Shown here piece by piece: positions 38,818 through 53,838 of a DNA stretch of 64,000 bases. Positions within the stretch are counted from its first letter, which is position 1, and the number at the start of each line of letters is the position of its first letter. A program made the translations under genes and the position numbers. Under the pieces are notes generated by a model. That model made no database searches. It had not been told where the DNA came from and saw only the letters and a list, made by a program, of their open reading frames with translations. Source of the stretch: Bugula neritina (Eukaryota > Animalia > Bryozoa); NCBI GenBank assembly GCA_964035545.1, contig OZ037765.1, positions 1,054,001 through 1,118,000 of the forward strand, in the 5' to 3' direction.

Positions 38818-41800
38818 TGACATCTTAAACTGTGTAGTTCACACCATGCCCTTGCAAAGGACGTCAAACATCTTTTGAAATTAACTATTCAATGTTACAG
38901 TGATAGCACTTCCTATAAGTAAACCATTAACACATATTATAACATGTACTGTGTTGTAAACTAATGAAGTTAGGAGTTGATCAAACAGATTTTAATAAAA
39001 AAGTTTGCAAATTGATTGACCAAAATCTGCATGAATAATGGACTTTGGTAGCTATAGAGGAGCATAGTGTCTATGGACCACTACATTTCTGAGATTTTTT
39101 CTTGTGTTAATAATTACTATAATAGAATTATTTTATCTATTCACTTCAATATATGTCATCATTTTATATGTTATCTCTGCTTATTATCACAGCCATTGTA
39201 TCACATTATGAATTATATAGGTCAAACTTCAAACTAATTCAAAGTTACTAACCCTCCTTTGGTATTCTATAATATGAAAGAGCACCCATCCAATAAAATA
39301 AAAAAACTATATAAATTCTAGACACAAAATTAAAAAGCATGTTGTGTATCTTTTCATGTTTTCTTGGAGACTTTTTGACATGTTATCTTTACCTGAATTT
39401 TTCATTAGATCAGATTTTTTCACAACAGCTAATTTTCTCAATTTGATTTATACTTCAGGGATGAAAATTATTATATTTTCTAAATACAGTTAGATTTTAT
39501 GGACACCATGTGCTTTCCCTACTAAAATTTATTCTGATCCAATATAATTTCTTTTAAGAATTATTTTAGATGTTTAAACTTTATCACTTTAACAAGCCTT
39601 GCATTATTTGTCAACAACTTTCCGATTCTGAGCAGATAACTCTGAATAATATACTTGTGTAGAAATTACAAGTGGAAGTTTTAAAAATAAACAAGTTTTG
39701 ATGCAGTAGAATCACACATTTTATTTCTTAGCTTCAATTTGCTGCATTAACAGGTACAAGACTCTGCTGTATAACAAATACATTAGTTTATAAGGCACCT
39801 TTATTACAATTAACACACCTCACTTTTAATGCTTTTGTGAAAGACATATGCATATGTGTGTACTTGCATGGTCAATAATGTCAAACTAGGTTACCATAAT
39901 TACTGCAAGATATGCAGGGAGTATAAAACTTTACATCATTACTAATTATATGTATATTCTACGAGTATTTTGTGATGAAAGCTTCAGCTCTCTATCAAAG
40001 TTTCAACTTTTTACCATAAATCATGAGATTCATCAGAAAAATAAAGTAAAATTATTCAACAATAGTTTATTTATAGACTGACATTAGAGTTGAGAAATAA
40101 CATTCTGTTACAATACCTCACTGTGACTAGATATGAGCAAACTAACTTTGGTTCTTAATGCGTGTATCCTTTGCTGCATAATTACACTGTGACGTACTAT
40201 TATTATCTCTGTAAGCCACGCCCACTATTTATTTCTATTTGCTATATATTCTGATAGTCTTAGGAAATCGACCAATCAGAGAATATTAAAATGTGCTACT
40301 CAATGGAGACTGGCTAGCATTTGGATAATAAAAATTCCATAAAATATTATACTCCAGCATCTCATTTGTTAACTATAATATAATATAATACAATATAATA
40401 TAATGTGCCATATCATATTTTAATATAATATAATATAATATGATGTACCATAATATAATGTAACATAATATAATATAACACAGTACAATATAATATAATA
40501 TAATATAATGTAATATAATAAAATGTAGTATAATCTGACGGCCTGGGTGCAGACGGCGCTGAGTCATAGCCGACCCGGCAGCTCAGCCAGTGACGGACTC
40601 TCAGACAGCTCTTACCCTCCCCACTCCAACCGCAGCAGTGAGTTCTGTTGGAGTTGTGTTCTTCCTGTCACTTTGTGGACTAAATATTCTCTGTTGGTAT
40701 TTCTTAGTTTGAGAAAACAGTTTGCAAAGTTCTCATTCAACTGTTTTAAACTCCTTTTTGTTGTGAACAAGAAGCGGAAGACAACTACCAATAAATATAT
40801 ATTTATTCTACAATGATAAAGGGGAGAGGGGGTGAAATTTGAAGACATTTTAATCAAATGCCAATTTTACCAAGAAAATTTAAAAGTTCTCATTCAATGT
40901 TTTAGATTTCTTTGTAAAATTGACATTAGATTAGATTGTCTTCAAATTCTACCCCCTGTTATCATTGAAGATTAAATATTTATTCATTTATTGGTTGTTG
41001 TCTTCCCTCTTATTGTTATACTTGTTATACTAGAAGTCATGTGACCATGTTTAGTAGACAGCACATGCGTTGTCTGTGCCCTAGTCTATCAATTTCATCG
41101 TCAAGATTCAAGTGTAATAAAATATGATTTGTGCGCACCTGCAATACTGATGCTATGTGTAGATCACTGTGAAATACCTAGGAAGGTTCATGCAGGTGAT
41201 TGCTTGCTCAGCTTTGCTACGCAATATTCCATCATCTAATCTTATCTGTATTTGTCTGATTTATGATGTAATTTCCTGTATCTATGAGCATGCAAACTGT
41301 TAATGCAGGGAGACCGTGATCTGATAGTTTTAAGAAATTGACCAATCAGAGAATATTAAAATGTGCTACTCAGTGGAGATGGTCTAGCGCAGTGGTACCC
41401 AACTTTTTTCATACTATTCCCCCTTTCATAAATGTAGACTATTAATTTCCCCCATTTGCACAGTGGAAAAAAATTCTGACTGACATAATGATAATATATG
41501 ATACAATGCAATGTATTTCATTATATTATATTTGCACATATATAGTACAATTATCATAATATACTTATTATCGTTACTATATGTTATAAAACACAGAGCA
41601 GTTGAGTTATTAATGTTAAGGCTGCATGCAGTTGATGCTTTTGTGCCAGCTTGCTTAAGCCTGCAGGCTCTGTTTTTGACAACAGGCCCATCTTAACTCA
41701 TCCTGCAGGTTAAGGCAGTTTCTCTTCACTTTGACAAGAATTATACCTCAGAGTAGGTGGTGTTGGATGGCACCAAAACTCTGCTTTGTCAGCTATGTGT

Positions 41801-42424
41801 GGGTTGCTTTTTGAAACCCAGAATGATTTTAGGTAAAACTGACGTATGTAAAGATGTCGCAGGTATTAATGGCACAAATGGAAAAGTAGGTAAAAATGGC
41901 ACACTGATGTTGAATTTATCCAAACTCATACCCCAAACTCTCCACCCCAACCCTTGGACCCCAAACCCCCACCTCCTAACTCAAACCCCCACCCCAAACT
42001 CTACTTTTTAAAAACCTTCTGGGCATCTCTTTGAACTTTTAATGGAGTTTCAATGGTGTTTCTCTAAGCTACCCCCTCAAAAAGAAAGAGCTAGATTCTT
42101 AACTTGACATGTTACCCATTGAACGCTTTGTTGAAAAGTTTTTAGAGGAATTACATGAGGATTTTATTGAGTTGGTTCACAATTCAGTAATGAAGTGATC
42201 TGAAATACTTTCCAATTGATGTATTGTTGGTGGTGTCCAGTAAAAATGGCGCAGGTAATGAAGGCACAAATGAAAAATTAGGTACAAATGGCACATTCTC
42301 AATAGTAAGATTTGGGGTGGGGTTGGGTGTTTGGGATAATTTGACAGCAGTGGGCTATTTTTACCTATTTTCCATTTGTGCCATTATTACCACTTTTACC
42401 TGTGCTATTCTTACTTAATATATA

Positions 42425-42570
42425 TATGTGTGTGCCCGCGTGTGTGTGTGTGTTTGTGTATGCGTGCATGTGTGTGGGTGCGTGTGTGTGCGTGTGCATG
42501 TACGTGTGCGTGTGTGTGCATGTGTGCATGTGTATGCGTGGGTGCGTGTCTGCGTTGAGTGTTGTGTGTA
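42425..42570. repeat. (GT/GC)n-type microsatellite
   Basis: Alternating purine-pyrimidine tract. Confidence 0.9.
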
Positions 42571-43325
42571 TAATATAGTTTTATAGTTTACCACTAAAAA
42601 GAGCTCATTGCAGGGCAGAGCAGAGTGAAAAAAAGTAGAGTAAGATAGAATTTGTTCAACTCTGGAACATAATAATATATTACTCCTTCCGGCTGACAAT
42701 ACATCTATATAGTAAATATGTTGTTTACTAGAATGCTAGCTGAGCTTCTAGCCAATAAAACTTATCATGAACCACAGAGAAACCTGTATTAATTATTTTA
42801 TTCCAGTTCTTAAGAATACCTACACAAAAAAGTTAAAATGGCTGCATACTTTAAATCGTGGATATAAATAACATTTAAGAGGTTTTTTGTTAGCTGTAAT
42901 TTATATACTATATATGCATAGATATTCACTAGACACCATAACATAATATAATATCATACACCGTATGATACATTATGTTGTATACATATTTACATATATC
43001 AAACATACAGATGGCAACAGGGTGTCTCAGTTTAGAAGCCTACTTTGTTGATATTAGAAGTTTTTTAACTTTTCTAAAAAGTTTTGTTTTGTACATGATA
43101 ATTTACGGGAATATATGTTGTAAACATCTAGCTGCTGTAATGTTACAAACTGGTTAGCAAATCTATCATTCTCTGCTTTGGATTATGCAATGACTCTATG
43201 GTTGTGGTTTGTATGAACTTAGGCAACTGTTTTTAAACATGGAATGAAAAATTCATTGCATAATGTGAAGCTTGGAAATAGTGATTAGAAAATAATTTTA
43301 ATTTGCTATAAACTGCTGTTGCTGG

Positions 43326-43445
43326 CCCTGAGGCCACCTATTAGACAGCCCTGAGGCCGCCTATTGGACAGCTCTGAGGCTGCCTATTGGACAGCCCTGG
43401 GGTCGCCCATTGGACAGCTCTGAGGCTGCCTATTGGACAGCCCTG
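43326..43445. repeat. 23-bp minisatellite (~5 units) upstream of caspase copy 3
   Basis: Same unit as 29467-29563 with one more copy. Confidence 0.95.
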
Positions 43446-43767
43446 CAACAGTCCATAAAGCATAAACTAACAAAGGAATGTTCAACCATAGCAACGACTG
43501 TAGTTATATTCATAAGGAAGTAGTGAAGTAGTTTACATGTTCTTGGCGGTGTGTTGGAAAGTTGTGGGAATTTCATATTAAGAAAATATTCATAAACTAT
43601 CTTCAATTTTAAAAGTAAGTAAAAGTCATGAGCCTTGAATTTACTTTATACTGAAGTCATGAGTTGTAGTGATTCAAAGCTTTCTACCTGTAACGATGAA
43701 TAATTAATATACCTGCAGGTGTCACTATCTACCTAAGTGTATCGTTCTAAGACTACAAAACTAGACT

Positions 43768-46700
43768 ATGGCTGAACTAACAGAAAAAGAAGTGAAGGAT
43801 TTGTTTGATGGATTCAAACAAATTCTGAGAAAAGGTGGAGAATTTTCTGAGGAGCCACTGAACACCATGATTGAAAGAACCAGTGGTTTATCAGCAGATC
43901 ATCACTTTCTGAACAACCTCCAAGATGTTGCTAAGAACATAGATTCTATTCCGGACTATCTTTTCACAAAGTACAAAGGTGCCGAGAGCCAACCGGCGGA
44001 GGGAGAGGGAGGGTTACTACCAGAACTTTATAGTTTGGTTGAAAAGGAACTAGACAACCTGTTAGAGAATAAAAGTTATCCTACATATGATCTGAAAAGA
44101 GATAGGGATAGGAATGACCAGGAGGTATGGGAGCTGATTGTGTTAAGTGCTGAGCTGTGGTTTCTTTGGAACCTACGAAAATGCAAACACAATTCAGTCA
44201 AGCGATTTATAGAGAGCAACACCGAAGATTTGTTCCGTGAGTTCTTTGCTCCTATTGCTGATGAGGATGATCCTCGTTTTGAGGTTCTTGCTGAGAAAGA
44301 TTGCGTCGACATTATGGAGAAAATTTTGTGTGATAAGCATGGTGTGAGCTCTTCCTTGCGAAAATATCTTGAAGACAAAGATAGGGCAAGAAAACTCTGC
44401 CAAAACTCCATGTCACAAAACATGATAAAGACTATTAATCCACATTCAAAAAAGTTTTATATAATCCCTCGTCCTAGTGACAGAAATAACTTTGCTAAAA
44501 TGTATGGTATTATTGTTTGTGGATTTTTAACATCAGACCAGGCTGATTTTTCTGAAGCTGAGCAACAAGCTGCCACGGCAATGGAGGACGCCTTTAAGAA
44601 AGTAAAAATAAAGATCATAAACACTAAAAATCACTCTCACATCTTTGAGTTAGAAGATTTTTTTACAGAGTTGTGTAAATGGGTAGAAGGTGAGCTAAGG
44701 GGTATTGAAAATGATTGCTCTCTGTTAATCTTAACCGTTTTTTGCCATGGACATTATGGACATCTGTCATACAAAGGAACTTCGCCGTGTATGAAGATTG
44801 AAGAACTGTTTATATCATTCAAAAAATTTAATGGTTTAAAAGGAATACCCAAGGTTAGTAAAATATTTGCTTGCTAAAATATTGTGTGTACTAATTGTGT
44901 GCAGGGGAGAGAAATTACTGATAAGAACCTTGCTTTTAGTGAGGGATAAACACTCACTGTAACAGCTTGATTAAAACAATGTATAGTAAACCATCAACTT
45001 TTCCACTACAGAATACCTTTCAAAACTTGACTGCCTGGTAGTATAGTAAAGGTTGTATAGGGTACACTTTCACTAACAGATTTTGTTGTACAAAAGTTCA
45101 CTCTACCTCATGTACTTTTGGACAAAACTAACACGCGTGCAGTTACAACAAAGAATACAATTTGTATGAATCACCCTGTCAGTAGCCATCACTCATTCTT
45201 AGATCACCTCTTGTCCATATGGTTTTGGTGACTAGTCAATATTCCGAAGGCCCATTGCTCCGAAGGCCCATTTGTAATGGATTTTAACAATCTAGTAATT
45301 ATATTGCATCACTATTATAATTGACCTGGTGTAACTTTTTGAATGCTGTTAAATGTTTTAATTATAGCTAAGCTCTTTGCATAGCTTTCTAATGCCTTAA
45401 GTATTGTAATTATAGCTAAGCTCTTAGCGTAGCGAATAGCGTAATGAATGTGAATTGCCCTTCCTATTTTTGTGCGTTTATAAAATACTGTAATAGTTTT
45501 TGTTGAGTTATGTTCCCCCCCCCCCCCGCCACTTTTTTGTAAATAATCTTTGATTAGTTTTGTGAGCCGAAAATCGACCGATTTCGGAGCCCGGAGGCTC
45601 AATTTCAGAAGGGCCTGTTCGATTTCGGACAGATCCTTTTGACTTCGGCCAATGGAACTCCAAATCTCGGCCGAGTTTCGGACACCCTAAGTGGTGGGAA
45701 ATTTTGTTGGTATATAAGTGGGATATTTTCCAGTGCTAAGTCAGTCTAACACTGAAGCTCACCCAAGAAGTATCTACAGGAGAATAAAGAAACTCATATC
45801 AAGAGTATTCAAAAGGCTTTCATTTATCAAAGCATAGTATAGGCATGCAGACTGCTTTAGTCTATTTTATCATAACCCACAAGTTTACTACATTGGTGAC
45901 AGCAGTGGGATGAAATAGACAAGCACGACAGGCAGCCATACTAAAAAAGACCAGAAAGAAGAAGAGGAAGAAGAAATGGAAGGAGAGGAGAGAGAGGAAG
46001 AATGTCTCACTATGGAGAAGCTTATCACCGCCCTCCGAGAAGTCAGTAGAGCCGGACAGGCAGCACCTGGAGACAGGTATTGCCTCAGGCCTCTGATTTT
46101 CCGATGCAAAGGAGACATTGAACAATTTATCATGGAGTTTGAAAAGGTAGCCACCCTTACCAAATAGCTGGCCCAGGTGCGCCTCCTTCAACTCCGAACT
46201 TGCTTAACTGGTCAAGCAAAGAGTTATGCTCTCGGACCTGACGTCGGCCACATCTTTCAGGCCCCCAGGTCTCGTTTAAGGTTGACTGCCCATGCTGCAA
46301 AAGATCGCCTGCGAACCATATGCAGGGACAGCAAGACATCACTCCAGGACCACGCCAATGCTATAGAGGCGCTGACACAAGTGGCCCATGGTAATGACAA
46401 CTCCGAGGCGCGAAGAGGCGTCGTGTACGAGGCCTTCTTTCACACCGTTAACAATCCTGGGTTACAACAGTACTACCTGGCAGCCAAAGTCACCACCATC
46501 GAAGAAGCCCTGGCCCTGGGAAAGGCATACTATCAGATAGAGAGACCCCAAGAGGCAAATTCCACAGCCAATCAGGTTGATGAGCAACCTGAAGCTACGA
46601 AGCCAGATCCGTCGAGCCCGCAGATTGTAACCGCCGCTACTGCTACCCCTTCACCGGAGCGACTCACCATAATGGACATGCTGAAAGATCTCCAGACAGA

Positions 46701-49700
46701 GATAAAAAGTGTGGGAGCTGTTCTGTCTCAGGTCCAGGGTGGAAGCGAGGTGGTTGTTGCTTATTACAGCAACACTCTTGCAGCCGCCGAAAAGAACTAC
46801 TGCACCACTAGGAAGGAACTCCTAGTAGTAGTCAGGGCGGTCAAGCACTTTCGGCCATATCTGTATGGGAGAACGTTCAGATTATGAACGGACCATGCGT
46901 CTCTGATATGGCTGTGTAAACGTGCTGAGCCCTCGAGCCAGGTGGCTCGCTGGCTGGAGATTCTTGCTGAGCTCTCCTACCGGCTGGAGCACCGTGCCGG
47001 TAAGAAGCATGAGAATGCCGACAGCATGAGTCGCCGGCCAGTAGAGGACACAGTTGGGAGACGTTAACGTCTATAATTTGGAGCACGGTCATCTTCGGCC
47101 CGAAACACAGTTAGACGATGTCCTGACACTTTGTGCTAACCCCACACTGTACCAAAATGTCAAGGAGCTATGTTGACTGCAGGAGACACTACCTGGAGCG
47201 GTAGCTGACATCTTCCAGGCCAAGAAAGAAGGCCAGCAACAGCAAGGGGATGTTGAGTTCCAATTTCTCTGCCGCCATTAGAAGTCTCTCCAGATCCACC
47301 CGGATGGCCTCCTGACAATGACACTTGTAGCAAACAATCGTCAACAGGAGCGAGATCGCGCCATTTGCCCATGCGCTCTCCGTCAGGAACTCATCTGGGA
47401 TACCCATAACAAAGCTCATGTTGGAGCCAGCCGGGTCATCAGATGCCTGCAGATGCGATGGTATTGGCCCGGAATGACCAGGGATGTGCGACTAAGAATC
47501 CGGCAATGCGAGGTCTGTCAAGCCAGCAAACACGGACGCCCCACCGAAACCACGGGTCGGCGCCGGCTATACACCGGCCAGCCCTGCCAGGTCGTGGCCG
47601 TGGACCTTGTAGGACCAATACTGACGACTGATAGAGAGAACACCTAGATTTTGGTGTTGACAGACCACTTTACACGGTGGGCGGACGCTCTGGCCATCCC
47701 AGACGCATCAGCCCCCAGGGTAGCTCGGGCCCTTGACCAACAAGTGTTTTGCTATTTTGGCCTACCAGAACAGATACAACTTGACCAGGGTGCCCAATTC
47801 CAGTCCCAGTTGATGAAAGACCTCTGCGGGATATGGGGGGTGAACCAGAATCGAACCACCCCATATCACCCCCAAGGAAATGAGGTGGTAGAAAGAAATA
47901 ATCGAATGCTGGGTGACGCTCTCTAGAGCCTCCTTTTGGGGAGAAGTCAAGAGGAGTGAGACGTCATGTTGCCACAAATCATGCGGGTGTATTGAAGTAC
48001 ACCTCACTCTAGCAAGAGACGCCGAACCTGCTGAAGTTGGGCTGAGAAACCAGAGTTCCTGAACATCTCATGTATCACGTTCTGCTTATTGATCATAAAG
48101 TAATCTCAGGCTAAACAATCACAAGTAGGCAACACGCATGCCACCCACAGAGCAATAATATAGCAAGAACTTAAACTAAATTGTGAGTGAAATTAATGAT
48201 ATTCTTAGTGAGGATGCCTGTGTGTACTAATTTTCGGACTAATGGACCTTCGGAACAATGGACCTTCGAAGCAATGGGCCTTCAGAATATTGCTCCGTTC
48301 CCTATGGTTTCATTTTTTTATTTTGGTGCAATATATAGAGTAGTATACCTATATAACTGTTGTGTTAATTACTAAATGTGAACTACTAGCTAATATATGA
48401 ATTATCTGGAATAATATTCTAATTTTCATGAATTTGTTTGGGGCAAAAATAACAGTAATTGTAAGAAATTTGCCAGTGCAACTAGTGCACTGAACTTAGT
48501 CACATCAGCTAGGCTAGTCTACCCAGTCTTGTGAAGGAGTTTAGCCTTGTGTGGTGAGCTGGTATTGTCTTGTTTATTGACTCACCCATGTGTGAATAGT
48601 AATTCTTACAGCAAACTTTATTACAATTTGACCAGATTTGTGAATTAGTAGTTAGCCAGCAGCTGAAGGAGAAGCAATGAGAAGAAACAATAAATAGCTT
48701 ATAATTAGTACGTGTTTTTATCAGGTTGATGGGTAAAGGAACACAGGTTAGCTTTTTATGTTGACTCATATGCAATCTGTTTACTCAGCATTGTTGTTGT
48801 GTTGGTTTTATAGCAGTAAATAATATCATTTTATATTATACTCTATTGCAAATATTTATTATAATCACAATTGGAATATAATAAATACATACATCAGTAA
48901 AGCCATCCTCATACAAAATTCATCTTTAATAACAGAGTTTTGGAGGTCTTATAAAAGAAACTTACAGTAATACATTAATAATAGGCATTATCTTTAAAAT
49001 GAATACTCATCAATAAAATATTTTCCAAACAGCAACAAATATATAGAGAAAATGCAAAATTAATAAGTTAATGCAGATCAAAGGAATTTATGTCATTAAG
49101 ATACATGTAGATATACAAATTTATTTAAATATAAATATATTTCAATAACATTCAAACAAATTGCACATGAAATATATGTATTGCACTAAAATAAATAAAT
49201 GTGGAAAGTGTCTAACTGGCATAACACCGTTCATATTTACAATCAGCGGAGTGATGCCAGTTTTGTGAAACTTATAATAGTTTGCCAAGTCAAGCAAAAT
49301 CTTCTTTTTTACTACAGTGGATCAGACAGAAAAAATCTACTATTGATTGAGTTTAATACACAATATGTGCATCGCTTGGGTCAACGAATGTCCCATTAAC
49401 ACTATAACTTAAGTTAAGTTGCATTTAAATTTGATCTATTACAAACATAAAATGCTTGCACATCATTTTATTAGGTAATGGTTTGTTAGATTTGGAGTTA
49501 TATGCTCATAACATTATAGCTAATCTCTAGAGTACCAATGAAGAGCAAAGGCTGCACTGTTATACAGTAGCTACTATCTAACTCTTACAGTATCTAATAA
49601 AAAAATTTATTAACCAGAAGTTATTTGACAATTTTTATTGTTTCTCAAAAAAAAGTTAGGTTAGGCTTATATAGGGGAAAATAAACAAATGTTATTAAAT

Positions 49701-50418
49701 GATTCTGCTAGGTTTCAACAACCTTTAGAATGTTGACAAAATTTTCAAGATTAATGGAGCCACTTGTCAAGTCACTAACCTGCGAATAGTTAGCTGTCAT
49801 TATATTTATGTCTAAACATATTTTCTTCTAACTTGAGCTATGAAGTAAATTCAACGGTTTTAAAACTTGAGTGACTTTGGCTAGGATTTGAACCAAATAA
49901 ACAATATATAATATTGATAGGTATTGAGCTCTTGACTTGCCCCTGCATGCAGCGTCACGGTGATGCAATATTTTGCTGGTATAATCTACATGTGATCATA
50001 AACTTTACTTTGAGTTTCATACTTGTTATAGGTAGTTGTGATAGAAGCTTGTCAAAATTGCAAGGAAGGAGTTGAAGTTGAAGATCTTCAGACAATGATA
50101 AATCGTTATGATGATGCAATGCTTCTGATCTCTTGCGACAAAAATCAAGAAGCTACTCCATATAAAAATACTGGCTTTATCATCAACATAGCCGAAGAGC
50201 TTAAAAAAGCAGGGTTTTCAAAAACAGTAGCAGAGATGTTTGCAACAGCTAGAACAAAATACATCAAAGAGCAGAAGGAAGAAATGCGCCAAATTGGATA
50301 TAGTGAAGATGATTTTATAGCTGAACCTGTGATGTATCGGTCTGAACCCATCAAAGGTATCCAGATTCCAAGTTCCATAAACAATCCAAATGATTCTGAT
50401 CAGCAAGACTCTCAGTAG
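43768..50418 (+). CDS. Atypical caspase-like protein copy 3; join(43768..44853,50032..50418), 490 aa
   Basis: Same exon structure as copy 2: ...FCHG...LKGIPK|VVVIEACQNCK...; intron enlarged by nested transposons. Confidence 0.9.
45226..48302. mobile_element. Second copy of the foldback element (as 7033-7530), interrupted by a Gypsy insertion
   Basis: Left arm 45226-45272 and right part 48085-48302 match 7033-7530; exact 8-bp TSD tatggttt at 45218-45225 and 48303-48310. Confidence 0.85.
45273..48084 (+). mobile_element. Truncated, internally deleted Ty3/Gypsy LTR retrotransposon
   Basis: 5' LTR TGTAAT..ACTACA (45273-45892) with TATA and aataaa; PBS tggtgacagcagtgggat (tRNA-Leu-like) at 45894; gag-like frame fused directly to RNase H (GAVLSQ..AYYS..EKNYCTTRKELL..FRPYLYGR); integrase HHCC and core (VDLVGP, DQGAQF, GNEVVERNN) with stops; protease, RT and 3' LTR missing. 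Confidence 0.92.
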
Positions 50419-53400
50419 TGACATCTCAAACTGTCTAGTTCACAGCATGCTGTTGCAAAGGACATCAAACTTTTTTTGAAATTAACCATTCAATGTTACA
50501 GTGATAGCACTTTCTAGTAAACCATTAACACATATTATAGCATGTACTGTGTTGTAAACTAGTAAAGTTAAAAGTTGATCAAACCAATTTTGATAAATAA
50601 GTTTGCAAGCTGATTGACCAAAATCTGTATAAATAATGGATTTTTTGGTAGCTTATATAGCGGGGTAGTGTTTATGGACCACTACATTTCTGAGATTTTT
50701 TCTTGTGTTAATAATTACTATAGAATTACTTTCTCTGTTAACTTCAATATGCTATCATATTTTATATGACATTTATGCTTATTATCACAGCCATTGTATC
50801 ACATTATGAATTATAGACCAAACTTCTAACTAATTCAAAGTTACTAACTCTCCTTTGTTATTTTACAATATGAAAGAGCACCCTTCAAATAAAACAAAAA
50901 CTATATACCTAAGCTAGAAACAAAATGTTGTGTATCTTTGTATGTTTTCTTGGAGACTTTTTGACATGTTATCTTTACCTGAATTTTTCATTAGATCAGA
51001 TTTTTTCACGACAGCTAATTTTCTCAATTTGATTTGTACTTCAGGGATGCAAATTATTATATTTTCTAAATACAGTTAGATTTTATGGACACCATTGCTC
51101 TCCATACTAAAAGTTATTCTAATCCAATAAAATCTCCTTTAAAAATTATTCTTGATGTTTAAACTTTATCACTTTAACAAGCCTTGCATTATTTGTCAAC
51201 AACTTTCCGATTCCGAGCAGATAACTCTGAATAATATACTTGTGTGGAAATTACAAGTGGAAGTTTCAAGAATAAACAAGTCTTGATGCAGTAGAATTAC
51301 ACATTTTATTTCTTCGTTTCAAGAATTGATGCATTAAAAGCCACAAGGCTCTGCTGTATATAACAAATACCATTAATCTATATAGCACCTGTTTTACAAA
51401 CATACCTCACTTTTAATACTTTTGTGATGGACATAAACTTTTAAAAAGACATATGCATATATGTGTGTACTTGCATGGTCAATAATGTCAACCTAGGTTA
51501 TTATAATTACTGCAAGATATGCAGGGAGTAAACTTTACATCAGTACTAATTACGTATATCCTACGAATATTTTTGTAATGAAAGCTTCAGTTCTCTAACA
51601 AAATTTCAACCTTTTACCATAAATCATGAGATTCATCAGAAAGATAAAGTAAAATTATTCAACAATAGTTGATTTATAGACTGACACCAGAGTTGAGAAA
51701 TGACATTCTGCTACAATACCTCACTGTGACTAGACATGAGAAAACTAACTTTGGTTCTTAATGCGTGTATTCTTTGATGCATAATTACACTGTGACGTAC
51801 TATTATTATCTCTGTAAGCCACGCCCACTATTTATTTCTATTTGCTATATATTCTGATAGTTTTAGGAAATTGACCAATCAGAGAATATTAAAATGTGCT
51901 ACTCAATGGAGACTGTCTAGCCTTTGGATAATAAAAAGTTCTTAAAATATTATACTCCAGCATCTCATTTGCTTATATAACTATAATATAATATAATATA
52001 ATGTAATATAATATAATACAACATAATATAATATAGTATAACATAATATGATATAATATACTATAATGTACCATAACATAACATATAATATAATATAATG
52101 TACCATAATATAATGTAATATAATATAATGTAATGTGACGGCCTGAGTGCAGACGGCGCTGAGTCATAGCCGACCCGGCAGCTCAGCCAGTGACGGACTC
52201 TCAGACAACTCTTACCCTCCCCACTCCAACCGCAGCAGTGAGTTTTGTTGGAGTTGTGTTCTTCCTGTCACTTTGTGGACTAAATATTCTCTGTTGGTAT
52301 TTCGTAGTTTGAGAAAACAGTTTGCAAAGTTCTCATTCAACTGTTTTAAACTCCTTTTTTTGTGAACAAGAAGCGGAAGACAACTACCAATAAATATATA
52401 TTTATTCTACAATGATAAAGGGGAGAGGGGGGTGAAATTTGAAGAAATTTTAATCAAATGTCAATTTTACCAAGAAAATTTAAAAGTTCTCATTCAAAGT
52501 TTTAAATTTATTTGTAAAATTGACATTAGATTAAACTGTCTTCAAATTCTACCCCCTGTTATCATTGAAGATTAAATATTTTTTATTTATATTTATTGGT
52601 TGTTGTCTTCTCTCTTATTTTTATACTAGAAGTCATGTGACCATGTTTAGTAGACAAAGCATGTGTTGTCTGTGCCCTAGTCTACCAATTTTATCATCAA
52701 GATTCAAGTGTAATAAAATATGATTTGTGTGCACCTGCAATACTGATGCTATGTGTAGATCACTGTGAAATACCTAGGAAGGTTCATGCAAGTAATTGCT
52801 TACTCAGCTTTGCTACGTGATATTTCATCATCTAATATTATCTGTATTCTTTTGACTTATGATGTAATTTCCTGTATCTATGAGCATGCAAACTTTTAAT
52901 GCATGGAGACCGTAAACTGATAGTCTTAGGAAATCGACCAATCAGAGAATATTAAAATGTGCTACTCAGTGGAGACTGGTTATATAGTCTTATGGCAATA
53001 AAAAGTCCATAAAATATTATACTCCAGCATCACATTTGTTAACTATAATATAATATAACATAAAATAATATGATATAATTTAAAAAAATAATATGATATA
53101 ATTTATAATATAATATAATATGATATAATATAACATAACTTAATATAATATAGCATAATGTAATATAATATATAATGTAATATAATATAATATGATATAA
53201 CAATTTAGTATTATATAAGCCATTACTCTTCACTAGGTTTCAAAGCACTGAAATGCACAGGCCATAAATACCAACAGCTGCATGTGGCTTCTATACCTTT
53301 GACACTTGACAGATTACATAGTCTCAACAATGAATATCTAGGACACATAGTTCTTGGCATTAGCCCAAAATCTAAGTTTTCAAGGTATTTGGACCAATAG

Positions 53401-53838
53401 GGTTCAGTCCTCATTTTAAACAATTTATATAGCCTGTGCTCATATATCTGGCTATATGCAAAAGTTCCTGGTTAGGATAAGATGTTATTCAATGATATTA
53501 TTCCTCTATCAAGCTGTATATACAGAATAAAATAACACAGAGCACTGCTCAACCACAATAACAGCTCATAAGGAAGTAGTGATAAACCATTACTAACTAT
53601 AGGTTACACCCCCACATATTCTCAGTGGTGCCGTGTTGGAAAGTTGTGGGAATTTTATTGATTAACTATTCCTCGCTTTCAAAAGTAAGTATTAACAAAG
53701 AGCCTTGAATTCATTTTATACTGAAGTCATGAGTTGTAGTGATTCAAAGCTTTCTACCTGTAACAATGAATAGTTAATATACCTGCAGGTGTCACTATCG
53801 AAATAAGTGCCTCATTCTAAGACTACAAAACTTGAGGT

